Positions 36,604-47,196 are shown, counted from the first letter of the stretch. The stretch: DNA of 64,000 nt from Candidatus Methanomethylophilaceae archaeon (GCA_035271165.1 DATERX010000028.1:1-64000), one strand, 5' to 3'. The notes: generated from the letters alone by a model not told the origin. Made by a program: numbers and translations.

Positions 36604-38055
36604 TCAGGTCTCTGGTTCCTTCTTAATCTCAACATCGGTACGTTCCCCCCACATGGTTATACCTTCGACGTCCAGTGTGATCCTGCTCTTGTTGAACTCG
36701 GGGACCTTGTCTGCAGCCCGTTGGCGGTTGTAGTCCTTCAGGGCCTCTATGACATAGTCCTTCAGCAGTATCACCGCGGTGATGTTCATGATACCCAATG
36801 CAGCCATCATGATATCCGAGATGGACCAGATCAGGTTCGAGGGTACGAATCCAAAAAAGAACACGACCGCGACCATGGAGATCTTCAACAATAGCGAATA
36901 TACGGGCTTTTCAGTGAGATATTTCAGATTGACCTCGCATATGGAGTATGAACTCACTATACTGACTGTTACGAAAAGCAAGATGATGAATGAAAGTAGG
37001 GCCGGGGCTAAAGTTCCGAAAGGTCCGGCCGCAAGGGAGGCTGACACCAACTGGACTCCGTCCTCCATGCCTATGAGAGAGGTCGCGATCGGGCTGGCCA
37101 GGATTATCAGCGCGGTCCCGGTACATATAAAAATATCCAACACTACCCCGAAGGACTGGGAAAGACCTTGTTCGATGGGATGGCGGACATCCGCCGCCGA
37201 GGAGACGTTGGGGATGGCCCCTATTCCCGCAGTGTTTGAGAAGACACTCCTCTTAAGCCCCCAAATCATCGCGGCGGCCATACCCCATAGCATACTTTTC
37301 ATGTTGAACGCCTCAACGAATATCATCCTGAAGGCATCGCCAACGTAACTCCAGTTGAAGACTACCGTTAGTATGACCATCCCGAACCAGATCACGGATA
37401 TTATTGGCACGATCTTAGCCAGAGTTTTGGCCACACCCTTGACACCGCGGAACATTACGAAACCGACGATGGACGAAAGCAACATAATGAACAACAGGGC
37501 ATTCCCCTGGAAATCAAATGCGGTGGTGAAGGCCACCGTGGCGCTGGAGGATTGGATCCCTGTGAAGCCGAAGGCGTATGTCGCGATCAGGAGAATCGCT
37601 ATGACTGCCCCGAACTTCGGACTCTTAAGTCCATCCCTGATGTAATATGCAGGCCCTCCGTGGAACAGACCATCGGATTTCTTATCCTTGAATATCTGTC
37701 CCAGAGTACATTCAGCGAAACAACTGGCACATGATATAAGAGAGAAGATCCATAACCAGAATATGGCTCCTGGGCCTCCGAATATTATGGCGGTGGCCAC
37801 TCCGGCGATCTTCCCTATGCCGATACGTGCACCGATACCTACCCAGAACGCCTCGCCCGATGAGACCGACTGGTCACTCGTACTCTTCGTACCGGAGAAC
37901 GAGAGCTTGAAAGAATCGACGATATGCGTGAACTGTACGCCCTTGAACTTATAGGTTAGATAAATCCCACCGCCTAGAAGGAAGATGGATGCGACATACC
38001 AGATATACGTATCAGCGAGAGCTATCAATCCGTTCAAAGAAAGGTCCAGCGACAT
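36604..38055 (-). CDS. Sodium:alanine symporter (AGCS family) amino-acid carrier
   Basis: ~11 TM protein with an AGCS-like profile (GGPGAIFWLW etc.); 483 aa. Confidence 0.75.
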   Translation of the reverse strand: MSLDLSLNGLIALADTYIWYVASIFLLGGGIYLTYKFKGVQFTHIVDSFKLSFSGTKSTSDQSVSSGEAFWVGIGARIGIGKIAGVATAIIFGGPGAIFWLWIFSLISCASCFAECTLGQIFKDKKSDGLFHGGPAYYIRDGLKSPKFGAVIAILLIATYAFGFTGIQSSSATVAFTTAFDFQGNALLFIMLLSSIVGFVMFRGVKGVAKTLAKIVPIISVIWFGMVILTVVFNWSYVGDAFRMIFVEAFNMKSMLWGMAAAMIWGLKRSVFSNTAGIGAIPNVSSAADVRHPIEQGLSQSFGVVLDIFICTGTALIILASPIATSLIGMEDGVQLVSASLAAGPFGTLAPALLSFIILLFVTVSIVSSYSICEVNLKYLTEKPVYSLLLKISMVAVVFFFGFVPSNLIWSISDIMMAALGIMNITAVILLKDYVIEALKDYNRQRAADKVPEFNKSRITLDVEGITMWGERTDVEIKKEPET

Positions 38056-38110
38056 ATTATCGGTAATCGTTTATTTTTAACATTTTAGACATGGACCATT
38101 TATAACCGTA

Positions 38111-38131
38111 GGTCACATTTTCTTGGTGACC
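38111..38131. promoter_or_regulatory. Palindrome GGTCAC-N9-GTGACC upstream of the symporter gene, next to a TATA-like TTATAAA (38097-38104, minus orientation)
   Basis: Perfect 6-bp inverted repeat 56-76 nt upstream of the start codon at 38055. Confidence 0.35.
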
Positions 38132-38252
38132 TCAGCTTATTCGATTCTGCGTGTTTTCAACATCCTCAGAACCACAATCGTAGATTAAGTAACTATTTCT
38201 TAAATTCAAGGTCCAAAGACCCCCATTCCTGAAAAGTCAAGGGATTTGAAAG

Positions 38253-38328
38253 CTGGTGGGCCCGGCCGGATTTGAACCGGCGACCTTCGCAATGTCAATG
38301 CGACGTCATAACCCCTAGACCACGAGCC
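38253..38328 (-). tRNA. tRNA-Val(GAC)
   Basis: Reverse complement reads GGGCTCG...TCGCA-TTGACAT-TGCGA...GCCGG-TTCAAAT-CCGGC-CGGGCCC-A-CCA. Confidence 0.8.
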
Positions 38329-38456
38329 CAGCATAATGTCGATACCATCAAAGTAATTATATCTTTTCATATAGGGATCAATAGCCAGCACATCCATACT
38401 TTATTCTGGCACTCTCACACGATAAGCTTTAATCGTGAAAAGTTTTCCCTTGTAAC

Positions 38457-38699
38457 ATGACAGGACTCAAACTGTTCACCAAAGACGATTGCACAAAATG
38501 CGATTATGTGCAGGAAAGGTTACCCAAGGGCATCGAGATGGAAATACTGAACGTCGACACCGTCGATGGAATGGCCGAGGGGGCGTTCTACGGCATTCTG
38601 GACAAGACCTTTCCCGTACTGGTTTTGGATGACGAGTATGTCGCCGACGGTTCGATCAAGGTCTTGGAAAAGCTTATTGAACTCTCCGGTACACAATGA
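38457..38699 (+). CDS. Small thioredoxin-fold (glutaredoxin-like) protein with CxxC
   Basis: 80 aa, CTKC active-site-like motif near the N-terminus, Trx-like beta-alpha-beta pattern; 4-nt overlap with kae1. Confidence 0.55.
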   Translation: MTGLKLFTKDDCTKCDYVQERLPKGIEMEILNVDTVDGMAEGAFYGILDKTFPVLVLDDEYVADGSIKVLEKLIELSGTQ

Positions 38700-39685
38700 T
38701 AACTTTAGGCCTCGAAAGCACCGCCCACACGCTGGGGGTCGGGATAACGGATTCCAAGGATGAGCGCATCGTACTGGCCAACATCATAGACATGTACAGG
38801 CCCCCATCCGATGGCGGACTCCATCCCAGGGAGGCTGCCAACCATCATGCGGAGAACGTAGCGATGGACATCCAGAAGGCGCTGGACGAGGCCAACATAA
38901 CCATAGGCGAGGTAGATCTGATATCATTCTCGATGGGTCCGGGACTAGGGCCGTGCCTCAAGACATCGGCCACCGCCGCGCGTGCACTATCCCATCGTTT
39001 GAACATACCGATAATCGGAACAAACCATTGCATCGCACACATAGAGATAGGCCGTGTGATGGAAGGCTGCGATGATCCCGTGCTTTTATACGCGTCGGGA
39101 GGGAACACGCAGGTCATAGCATTCTCTGAAGGGAGGTACAGGATATTCGGTGAGACGGAGGACATAGGCATAGGGAACATGTTCGACAAGATCGGCAGGG
39201 AACTGGGCCTAGGATTTTACGCAGGACCTAAGATTGAAGAGCTCGCCCGCGAGGGCAAAAGGCTCTTGGAACTGCCCTATTCCGTCAAAGGTATGGACGT
39301 ATCCTTCTCCGGGATCATGACCGCCGCTTTGGCGTTATACAAGAAAGGGTTCAAGCTCGAGGATATAGCAATGTCCATTCAGGAGACGACATTTGCGATG
39401 CTCACCGAGGTCACTGAGAGGGCGATGGCCCATACGGGCAAGGACGAGGTCTTGATGGGCGGCGGTGTCGCACAGAATAACCGTCTGAGGGAGATGGTCA
39501 AGGATATGGCCGAGGAACGAGGTGCCGAGATGTTCGTGCCCGATAGGAGATTATGTGTTGATAACGGCGCAATGATAGCGTGGCTCGGACACCTCATGTA
39601 TGAATCCGGCGTCAGGATGGATATATCCGACACCGTTGTAAGACAGAGGTTCAGGACCGACGAGGTCGAGGTCACTTGGCGCTGA
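38696..39685 (+). CDS. kae1: tRNA N6-adenosine threonylcarbamoyltransferase Kae1 (KEOPS)
   Basis: [17 protein letters not shown] start and ASKHA-fold motifs typical of Kae1/TsaD; 329 aa, so no Bud32 fusion. Confidence 0.85.
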   Translation: MITLGLESTAHTLGVGITDSKDERIVLANIIDMYRPPSDGGLHPREAANHHAENVAMDIQKALDEANITIGEVDLISFSMGPGLGPCLKTSATAARALSHRLNIPIIGTNHCIAHIEIGRVMEGCDDPVLLYASGGNTQVIAFSEGRYRIFGETEDIGIGNMFDKIGRELGLGFYAGPKIEELAREGKRLLELPYSVKGMDVSFSGIMTAALALYKKGFKLEDIAMSIQETTFAMLTEVTERAMAHTGKDEVLMGGGVAQNNRLREMVKDMAEERGAEMFVPDRRLCVDNGAMIAWLGHLMYESGVRMDISDTVVRQRFRTDEVEVTWR

Positions 39686-41006
39686 ACTGGGATCCGACCT
39701 TATCATCCAGTCTCTTCAGGAACTCATCCCTCTTCTCGGAGAGGAAGGATCCGCCACTGGCGATCCTGTGGCCTCCGCCAGAACCACCGACGGACGCACA
39801 AGTCTCGTTCAACGCGGTGGATAGATTCACACCTTTTGAAAGTAATTTGTTCGTTGCCCTGCCGGAAACCTTGGACATCTCATCCCCGGAGTTGATGCCG
39901 AAAGTCGGCTTCGACGGGTCGGAGAAGTAATTCATGGCGATGCCGCACAACACTCCGGTGTAACCCGAACGGCTACTGTCGAACCATTGGATGTTTTCCT
40001 CTGCGGTAAGGCCTCTCCCGTCTAGTTCTGTCGCACCAAGCACAACCTCGCGTCTATAGCCCTTCTCGATCTCCTTCGCGGCCTTGATGCTCTCCTCGTC
40101 ACCACATGCCGCGGCGACCCCGAGCCCTGTCAACATGTTGCGTCCGCAACTGTCCAGGAGGGACGCGAGACCTGAGGAATCCACATCCCAGTCCTTAAGC
40201 AGGTATCGTGCGTCGGAAACGTCTTCGATTGTGTTCTTCGACACCCCTTGTTCAATTAGTTGTAATATTATCAATGAGGAAAGCTTCCTCCTCTCCCCAT
40301 CGGTAAGGTCCTTGCTGTCCGCGCTTCTGGATATCCCTGCATCTGTGAGGAGTTTGGCGACACCCTCCGCATCGCCACTGACCCCTCTTATGTAGGGGCT
40401 GGTTGTGAGGAACAACACATCGGTAAGTCTCCCGAAGGGTATTGCCGAACCATCCTCCACCTCGATATATCCCCGTTCGACGCCCCCCCTCAAGAGGTGG
40501 CCGTTCAGTCCCTCCATCAATTGCTTGTCCCCAGACATCCCTGCGAAGGCAATCTGCACCAGGTCCCAATTCCCCTCGTTCATCTGGATGGCGAAAAGAC
40601 AGGCCATCGTCGAACCACAACCGTAGCTCATCCCATCTATCCCATAGAGGTGGGGATTCATGTAGCTTATGCGTTCGGCCTTATCCGTCACGGTGTGATG
40701 GTCAAGAACTATGATGTCCGCCTTCAGAGCATCAAGTTCCTTGATGTATGACGCTCCGAGGTCGGTGATGATGATACAGTCAGCATCGCTCCGAGAGATC
40801 TCTTGGAACGTATCGTCGTCCAATGTCGTGAGCAATGTCACACAGAACTCCTTTCCTTCACGCAACAAGGTCTTCGCTATTATGGCGGCAGAGGACAGCC
40901 CATCGGCATCGTAGTGTGAAAATATGTGAATAAATTCATGGCCGCGGACGAGGTCCGCAGCCGTTGAAAGATTATCAAGAAGTTTGATTGGGACGCTATG
41001 GTCCAT
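39672..41006 (-). CDS. DHH-family phosphoesterase, archaeal RecJ/Cdc45-like (GAN-type)
   Basis: DHH motif HYDADG and a DHHA1-like C-terminus GGGHRIASG; 444 aa. Confidence 0.7.
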   Translation of the reverse strand: MDHSVPIKLLDNLSTAADLVRGHEFIHIFSHYDADGLSSAAIIAKTLLREGKEFCVTLLTTLDDDTFQEISRSDADCIIITDLGASYIKELDALKADIIVLDHHTVTDKAERISYMNPHLYGIDGMSYGCGSTMACLFAIQMNEGNWDLVQIAFAGMSGDKQLMEGLNGHLLRGGVERGYIEVEDGSAIPFGRLTDVLFLTTSPYIRGVSGDAEGVAKLLTDAGISRSADSKDLTDGERRKLSSLIILQLIEQGVSKNTIEDVSDARYLLKDWDVDSSGLASLLDSCGRNMLTGLGVAAACGDEESIKAAKEIEKGYRREVVLGATELDGRGLTAEENIQWFDSSRSGYTGVLCGIAMNYFSDPSKPTFGINSGDEMSKVSGRATNKLLSKGVNLSTALNETCASVGGSGGGHRIASGGSFLSEKRDEFLKRLDDKVGSQFSAK

Positions 41007-41013
41007 GGTAGTC

Positions 41014-41469
41014 TCACTTGAGCATTAGCTCTGCTTTGCTCAGAGAATACTTCCAATCCTTGGGAAGGACGTCGTTCGCCTTGTAATATCTCTCTAGCCT
41101 TCTGATTTTGGCCTCGATAAGGTTGAGTCCTCTCCGATTTGCCACGTCACCCTTGTGTCCCTTAAGGTGGGAGTTGAGCGATATGGCGCTTGTCATGAGG
41201 TTTGCCATGTCTTCGGGTATGGATGACATTACTCCCTCGTCTTTCATTATCTGAGTGATGGTCCTTCCCGTAGCGAGCTTCACACTAGGTACACCGTACT
41301 GGTCCCTGAGTATGAGCCCGATCCTGGCAGAACCGACTCCGTTCTTAGTGTGTTTTACTATAAGGTCCACTATCTCTGCCTCTTCGATGGGGACCCATGA
41401 AGGGTTCTCGGTAACCAGCGGACGGCTGGATCCGGATTTTCCTTTTCTCCTGGTATGCATTCTTGCCAT
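41014..41469 (-). CDS. rps15: 30S ribosomal protein S15 (uS15; S15P/S13e)
   Basis: MARMHTRRKGKSGS matches the archaeal uS15 N-terminus. Start moved to this Met from the ORF-track start at 41517. Confidence 0.8.
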   Translation of the reverse strand: MARMHTRRKGKSGSSRPLVTENPSWVPIEEAEIVDLIVKHTKNGVGSARIGLILRDQYGVPSVKLATGRTITQIMKDEGVMSSIPEDMANLMTSAISLNSHLKGHKGDVANRRGLNLIEAKIRRLERYYKANDVLPKDWKYSLSKAELMLK

Positions 41470-41572
41470 GATATTGATACTCCGAATAGGTTTGGCGGCT
41501 TTGGTTGCTGTCTTCATTCAACAACCACTATTAAAATGTTGACTAAATCTCGCACCCCTACATAATGCGCGA

Positions 41573-41923
41573 TTAATCTGTATACCTATCAAGCTCCCTC
41601 GATGCCCAGGGCACGGTATCCTCGTATTCATCCCTATCAAAAGAAAGGTCAGCGGGTAACGAATCGAATAATTCACACTCCATCTCCCCGTCCTGTAAAT
41701 CATCACCCAGTTTCGCCGAGCATACCCAACAATGGCCGAGGTCCCGTATGGAGACGATCTCGATATCATATCCCACTTCCTCCAGGTATTCCCTCTTCGC
41801 GGCTTCCGAAACTCCCTCGCCCTCCTCTATCTTGCCGCCCGGCATCTCCCAACCTTCCCTGTTTGGGTTAAACGCCATAAGGAATCTTCCGTCGCGGAAC
41901 GCTATCACGTACACGGTACTCAT
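41573..41923 (-). CDS. NUDIX hydrolase
   Basis: Nudix box GGKIEEGEGVSEAAKREYLEEVG. Confidence 0.8.
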   Translation of the reverse strand: MSTVYVIAFRDGRFLMAFNPNREGWEMPGGKIEEGEGVSEAAKREYLEEVGYDIEIVSIRDLGHCWVCSAKLGDDLQDGEMECELFDSLPADLSFDRDEYEDTVPWASRELDRYTD

Positions 41924-41926
41924 CGT

Positions 41927-42580
41927 TCACACCTCGAAGACAATCATTGCATGGTCCTTCTCGTATGGATCCAGCGAGAGGATATCCAGTATCTTGAACC
42001 CTCTATCCCTCAACACCCTTTCCGATGATTTGAAAACCTGTCCAGGCGATGCGGTGACATCCTCCGATCTGGACTTAATCGCAATCATGCCGTATTCGGC
42101 ACCGACAGCCTCCATGTTATCCGCGGCTATAACTGCCTGGTTCTTCTGCGCCACGTCCTGGTATACGACGTTGATATCATCTGAGACGAAGCTGTATTCC
42201 TCGGGGCGGGTCGCATCGCCTAGTATGGGCATCATGTTAGCCCTGTTCTCACAAACGGCGACAAGATCCCGGAACATCCTGGGTGAGAATTCGACGCATA
42301 TGACGGAACCTTCGTGACATACATCTGATAAATGTGATGCGGTCGTTCCGCCTGATGCTCCGAGGTAAAGCACGTTACTGGACTCTTCGAAGGGAAAGCA
42401 TCTGCCCCCTTTGGTGAGGTAAGCGGACAGCTTACTGCGTCTGGGCGACCACTCCCTGAACTCAATATCATTGGATTTAAAAAGACGTTCGCCGTAGACT
42501 CTCTTGCCCGGGCTAAGGGACAAAGTGTATAGCTTGCCCATTTCTGTAAAAACCCCAGTCAGGCCGTCCAACGGATTCAT
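41927..42580 (-). CDS. flpA: Fibrillarin-like rRNA/tRNA 2'-O-methyltransferase
   Basis: VLYLGASGGTTASHLSDV SAM motif, EFREWSP, ~217 aa; no nop5 neighbour in the window. Confidence 0.85.
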   Translation of the reverse strand: MNPLDGLTGVFTEMGKLYTLSLSPGKRVYGERLFKSNDIEFREWSPRRSKLSAYLTKGGRCFPFEESSNVLYLGASGGTTASHLSDVCHEGSVICVEFSPRMFRDLVAVCENRANMMPILGDATRPEEYSFVSDDINVVYQDVAQKNQAVIAADNMEAVGAEYGMIAIKSRSEDVTASPGQVFKSSERVLRDRGFKILDILSLDPYEKDHAMIVFEV

Positions 42581-42663
42581 ATCTTCCCAATATCCCTCGT
42601 TCTAAAAATATGTGTGCAGGATAATTGCAAACCCTAAATAGGGTATCAGACTCATAAGGGTGT

Positions 42664-44271
42664 ATGGATTTGAAGACTCTTCGTGAGATAGCCGACGTTG
42701 TGCAGGAGGCGGTATCGCTGATTCCCAAGCCATGCGACCGCGGGAACGAGATATGCATCGGCGACGACGGTACTCCCACATCGGAGATCGACAAGATAGC
42801 AGAGAATACGGTTTTGAACTATCTGGAATCTAACAAGATAAAGATAAACGTTCTAAGCGAGGAGATAGGGTTCGTAGATAACGGAGGATCAGAGATCCTA
42901 GTACTTGATCCGATAGACGGGACCAGCAACTCGATCGCGGAGATCCCGTTCTTTGCAATATCAATGGCCGTTGGAAAGGATTCCATGAACGGGATGCACA
43001 CAGCCCTAGTACGCAACCTTGCCACAGGAGACGAGTTCTGGGCCATCAAGGGCGAGGGCGCGTTCTTCAACGGAAGGAAAATACGAGTTAGAGAACCGGA
43101 TTTCATGGAATTATTCGCACTTATATACATGGGGAATGCGGCCCCCAACGAAGCGTTCATGATGGCCAAGAAGGTAAAGTCATCCCGTTCCTTGGGATGC
43201 GCATCATTGGAGATGTCGTTACTGGCCCTTGGAAGCGTTGATCTGTATTACATGAACACGACTCGTTACAACCGCGGAGTGCGCACGGTGGACATCGCAG
43301 CAAGTTCACTGATACTCAGAGAGGCGGGAGGGGAGGTTTATGATCTCGGAGGAAACAAACTGGACATGCCCTTGGACAACAGGGCGCATGCGAACTTCGT
43401 TGCATGTTCGGGCAAAGAAGTCTACGACCATGTGATGCGGCCTTACATACGGGAGCACGGGTCCGCTCGTTTCGCGATATATGCGAACGAGTACATCGAG
43501 AAGGCTGGCGAGTACACGCGCAGAGTATTCGATGCCCTCAAAGGAGAGACTGTCTCCTTGGACACGTCCGCGGCAAAACTACTGAACATGGAAGGAACGG
43601 TTCTCGATGATATTGATGCCGACATAGTAATAGTGATAGGGGGCGACGGTACGATACTCAGGGCTTTCCAGCATACTGATGCCGCTGTGATCGGAGTGAA
43701 CGCTGGAGGTGTCGGGTTCCTGGCGGAGATAGAACCTGACGAGATCGAGGAGAGCATAGCCCGCATATGCCGCGGAGAGTATACGGTGGAAAGAAGGTCG
43801 AAGCTCAAGACATGGTACAAGGGGGAATATCTGGTCGACGCGGTGAACGAGGCCGTCGTGCATACCGATTCGGTTGCAAAGATAAGACAGTACAAGATTT
43901 ATGTCAACGAACATCTAGCCACCGAGGTAAGGGCAGACGGAGTGATTGTATCGACCACAACGGGATCGACCTGTTACGCCATGAGCTTGGGAGCCCCCAT
44001 AACGGATCCCAATGTAGAGGCGTTCCTGATAGTACCCATGGCTGCGTTCAAGTTCGCATCCAGGCCATTCGTCGTACCTTCTACTGCCAAGATAACCATA
44101 GAGGCGGTAATGGACAAGGGATGTCTGATGGTAATTGACGGCCAACACGAATACGATATGGAAGGCGGGTCTATCGTGGAGTTCTCCAAGGCAGAGGATT
44201 ATGCACGCTTTATCAAACTGGATAAGGACTTCTATTCCCATGTTAGGGAAAAACTGGTGAATGCGATATGA
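42664..44271 (+). CDS. Bifunctional inositol-monophosphatase-family / NAD kinase fusion (NADP phosphatase::NAD kinase)
   Basis: N-terminal half has IMPase motifs (LDPIDGTSN). C-terminal half has NAD-kinase GGDGT, NE/D and DGVIVSTTTGSTCYAMSLGAPI motifs. Confidence 0.8.
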   Translation: MDLKTLREIADVVQEAVSLIPKPCDRGNEICIGDDGTPTSEIDKIAENTVLNYLESNKIKINVLSEEIGFVDNGGSEILVLDPIDGTSNSIAEIPFFAISMAVGKDSMNGMHTALVRNLATGDEFWAIKGEGAFFNGRKIRVREPDFMELFALIYMGNAAPNEAFMMAKKVKSSRSLGCASLEMSLLALGSVDLYYMNTTRYNRGVRTVDIAASSLILREAGGEVYDLGGNKLDMPLDNRAHANFVACSGKEVYDHVMRPYIREHGSARFAIYANEYIEKAGEYTRRVFDALKGETVSLDTSAAKLLNMEGTVLDDIDADIVIVIGGDGTILRAFQHTDAAVIGVNAGGVGFLAEIEPDEIEESIARICRGEYTVERRSKLKTWYKGEYLVDAVNEAVVHTDSVAKIRQYKIYVNEHLATEVRADGVIVSTTTGSTCYAMSLGAPITDPNVEAFLIVPMAAFKFASRPFVVPSTAKITIEAVMDKGCLMVIDGQHEYDMEGGSIVEFSKAEDYARFIKLDKDFYSHVREKLVNAI

Positions 44272-44654
44272 ATAGGAAGAAGATTTACGGGATACACATC
44301 GAATTGATAGACTCCTTTAACGAAGCCGCCAGATCCACATATCCTGACGAATTCCTCTGCATGCTGAGAGCTGACGAAGGAGTGATATCGGAGATGATAT
44401 TCATCCCCGGTACCGTATATGGCGATTCGCACAGTTTCATGAACGAATGGATGGCCCCGGTGGATTTCAGCCTGATAGGCTCCATCCATTCACATCCAGG
44501 GCATTCGAACGAACCCTCCGATGCGGACCTGAACTATTTCTCAAATTATGGAGGCGTGCATGTCATAACATGCAGGCCTTATGACCGTAACAGCTGGAAG
44601 GCCTACAACTCCAGAGGAGAGGTCCTAGATCTAGAGATAATCACTGACTTCTGA
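44268..44654 (+). CDS. JAB/MPN (JAMM) metalloprotease-domain protein
   Basis: HSHPGHSNEPSDAD matches the JAMM motif HxHx7Sx2D; 128 aa; 4-nt overlap with the upstream fusion gene. Confidence 0.75.
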   Translation: MNRKKIYGIHIELIDSFNEAARSTYPDEFLCMLRADEGVISEMIFIPGTVYGDSHSFMNEWMAPVDFSLIGSIHSHPGHSNEPSDADLNYFSNYGGVHVITCRPYDRNSWKAYNSRGEVLDLEIITDF

Positions 44655-45963
44655 GACCCTTGTTCACGATTTCCTTAGCTATCTCCAACAGACCTACGGC
44701 ATAGGCCTTGTCGCCTGCTTCGATCTTGATGTTGATTACCCCCTCATGATCGGGACGCTCCACCAGGAACCAGCCGCCGTCCATATCCACGCGCCATCCT
44801 CCAGCGTGCACAGCATTCTTGTAATCCAGGTCCTCGATCTCATTGGAGATTTTTCTGGACAGGGCCTCGACGCTTCCTTTACTCTGTATCCGAGTTTCAT
44901 CCGTAACGTAACTGGGCATCTCATCCAGAATACGCCTAAGGCTATCGGTGCCGGCAATCTTGGCAAGCATGCATCCAGCATATATCCCGTCCGGGCATCT
45001 CGTCATACCAGGCATTATGACGGTTCCGTTGCTCAAAGCACCGAAATCCGCCTGTTGCTCCTTCATGACCTCCGCCAAGGAGATAGAGTCCGGCTCACAT
45101 CTTATTATGCTTCTGCCCGCGGTCAAACCATCCTCACCCCAGAAGGCCGCATCCACCGCAGAGGACATATCTATGGGCACGACCAGTTTCTTCGGTTGCA
45201 TATGTTTCACTAGAAGCGCAAGCATGTCACTTCCCGACACGTATCTGGCCTCCTCGTCGATAAGTGCTACACGAGTCCCGTCCCCGTTGAGGAGTATGCC
45301 TATGCTACCTGGCATGGAACTTGTCGCTGCCTGCACATCCTTCGCCTCGGAAGGTCCGATATCAGATGATCTCGGAGAATAATTACGGTCCAAATGAGAG
45401 TTCACGCTCATCACGTCCGCGCCCGCGGCAGCCAACGCTTGGGGCGCGGCAAGGGACGCACTTCCGCATCCGCAATCAACCACGACGGGACAGTCTATAT
45501 CGCCGCACGCGTCCGCCACCCTCTCTATATAGCGTCTAACAACACCATCTACTCGGTGTATTTTATCGATTGATAAGTAGTTGGGAAGGGCCGCATTCTT
45601 ACTGTATTTTTCCAAAGACCTGATCTGTTCGTGATCGAACAGGGACCCGTCGGGATTACGTAGCAATATATCGCTGAAACTGCCGTAGACATCGGGTTCT
45701 CCTGCAATCGCACAACAATCCGACCTATTGGCTACCATTGCAATTGCCGGGGCAGGGGCATAACTCGCGTCGTATACCCTCGCCCCTACTGAGAGGAGGC
45801 CAGATACAAAAGCGTCCCGGATCATCCTACCGCTCCGGCTAAGGTCCATCCCTACAGTAACGTTGTTGTATGATGAGCCGACCGCCCTTCCCCTGAACAA
45901 AGCCCTCTCGGGAGTCATCATCTGTTCAGCTACGGAATCGTTCGCAATCTTGTTTACAGGCAT
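44641..45963 (-). CDS. Phosphohexomutase (PGM/PMM/GlmM) superfamily protein with all four catalytic motifs degenerate; probable pseudoenzyme
   Basis: Collinear with archaeal PMM (GLLSVG, APAPAI, VVVDCGCG conserved). Motifs changed: TASHNP to AGEPDV, DGDADR to NGDGTR, GEENGG to ALSNGT, RASGTEP to ERPDHEG. Confidence 0.65.
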   Translation of the reverse strand: MPVNKIANDSVAEQMMTPERALFRGRAVGSSYNNVTVGMDLSRSGRMIRDAFVSGLLSVGARVYDASYAPAPAIAMVANRSDCCAIAGEPDVYGSFSDILLRNPDGSLFDHEQIRSLEKYSKNAALPNYLSIDKIHRVDGVVRRYIERVADACGDIDCPVVVDCGCGSASLAAPQALAAAGADVMSVNSHLDRNYSPRSSDIGPSEAKDVQAATSSMPGSIGILLNGDGTRVALIDEEARYVSGSDMLALLVKHMQPKKLVVPIDMSSAVDAAFWGEDGLTAGRSIIRCEPDSISLAEVMKEQQADFGALSNGTVIMPGMTRCPDGIYAGCMLAKIAGTDSLRRILDEMPSYVTDETRIQSKGSVEALSRKISNEIEDLDYKNAVHAGGWRVDMDGGWFLVERPDHEGVINIKIEAGDKAYAVGLLEIAKEIVNKGLRSQ

Positions 45964-46135
45964 TGGAAAGTGATGGCGTTTCGTCGTTCATATTCCTTGT
46001 CATTGTTTTGTTTTCAAACAAAATAAATGTCCCAGACTGCCATTTCAACCCAAAAAATCAAGAATCTTTAAATACAATCAACGTAGATAATTCCCCAGGC
46101 GGGTAAGTCTGGCTTATCTGACGGAAGGGAAAAAA

Positions 46136-46369
46136 ATGGCTATGGAAAAAATTGATTTTGCAAAGGCACAGATGATTGCTAAGTCCAAGGGCCTTCAGCC
46201 CGGGCGGGTTAAGGGAACCCAAGGCGTTCAGTTCACAAAGGGCACCAATGACCGTCTATCGGTCATCTCATGGGAAGAGTTCGAGGCGTCACTCAGACAG
46301 AGAGGCCTCGCGATCTATGAGTCCGGTGGCTGGATGAAGATAATGAAGGATCAGCCTGTAAGTTGCTGA
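46136..46369 (+). CDS. Small hypothetical protein (77 aa)
   Basis: ORF with an upstream AT-rich region; no family recognised. Confidence 0.35.
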   Translation: MAMEKIDFAKAQMIAKSKGLQPGRVKGTQGVQFTKGTNDRLSVISWEEFEASLRQRGLAIYESGGWMKIMKDQPVSC

Positions 46370-46438
46370 TAAAAACGGCCACATTAAATTGTGGTCGCAC
46401 TTCTTTTTATACAACTACATGATACTCTCGGGCTGTAG

Positions 46439-46526
46439 CGCGGGGGTTGCCGAGCCTGGTTAAAGGCGATAGGTTCAGGGCCTATTCGTGTAGGCGTTCG
46501 TGGGTTCAAATCCCATCCCCCGCACC
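46439..46526 (+). tRNA. tRNA-Leu(CAG), class II
   Basis: Acceptor GCGGGGG/CCCCCGC, anticodon stem ATAGG/CCTAT with loop TTCAGGG, long variable arm, T-loop TTCAAAT, CCA encoded. Confidence 0.8.
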
Positions 46527-46714
46527 ACTCTGGATTTTTCTCGATAATTGAGTAATCCAATTATAATTCTATATAAAAAAATCATATCGGGCTCCGATGG
46601 AGATTTAAAATGACCCAGCGATGAAACTCGGTATGTTCTCATGTTAATAAAAACAATAGGTTTGAGAGACACTGCCTGATTAAATAGCCTTATTTCCGTA
46701 CAACTTCGATAAAT

Positions 46715-47143
46715 ATGATATGTACAAGATGCGGTTTTTCCAATCCAGACGGCACCAGGTATTGCACGTCATGCGGGAACGAGATGACGGACCGGCAAGG
46801 CGGGCCCAGATTCACAGAAGGCTACATTGACAATCAAATCTCACCTCAGAAGAGCATCGGTTTCGGGATTGTCTTTTCAGCATTGATCGTAGGATTGGGA
46901 CATCTTTACGCTGAAAAGATAGGCAAGGGGATCGCCCTATCCATCATATTCGGTGTCTTGATGATTATCACGATGACCTTCTACATGGAATGGATGTATT
47001 ACGGTTACCCATCGGGTGCTCTGTTTGCACTGATTTTCGGGATACCAGCGTTACTCCTGTGGATATGGACATTGTACGACGTAAGGGACACCATCAAGGA
47101 ATACAATCAACATCTACGTACGAGGGGCACACCTCCCTGGTGA
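46715..47143 (+). CDS. Zinc-ribbon + 2-3 TM membrane protein
   Basis: N-terminal CTRCGF-x9-CTSCG zinc ribbon, then hydrophobic helices. Confidence 0.5.
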   Translation: MICTRCGFSNPDGTRYCTSCGNEMTDRQGGPRFTEGYIDNQISPQKSIGFGIVFSALIVGLGHLYAEKIGKGIALSIIFGVLMIITMTFYMEWMYYGYPSGALFALIFGIPALLLWIWTLYDVRDTIKEYNQHLRTRGTPPW

Positions 47144-47196
47144 GGGAACGCCCTAACAAACCATTTACCTTATTTCTAAAAAGAATGTGCCAGATA

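Noticed and set aside
38206-38397. 63-aa ORF 38206..38397 (-) and 65-aa ORF 46475..46672 (-)
   Set aside because: They overlap tRNA-Val and tRNA-Leu respectively and are translations of tRNA sequence.
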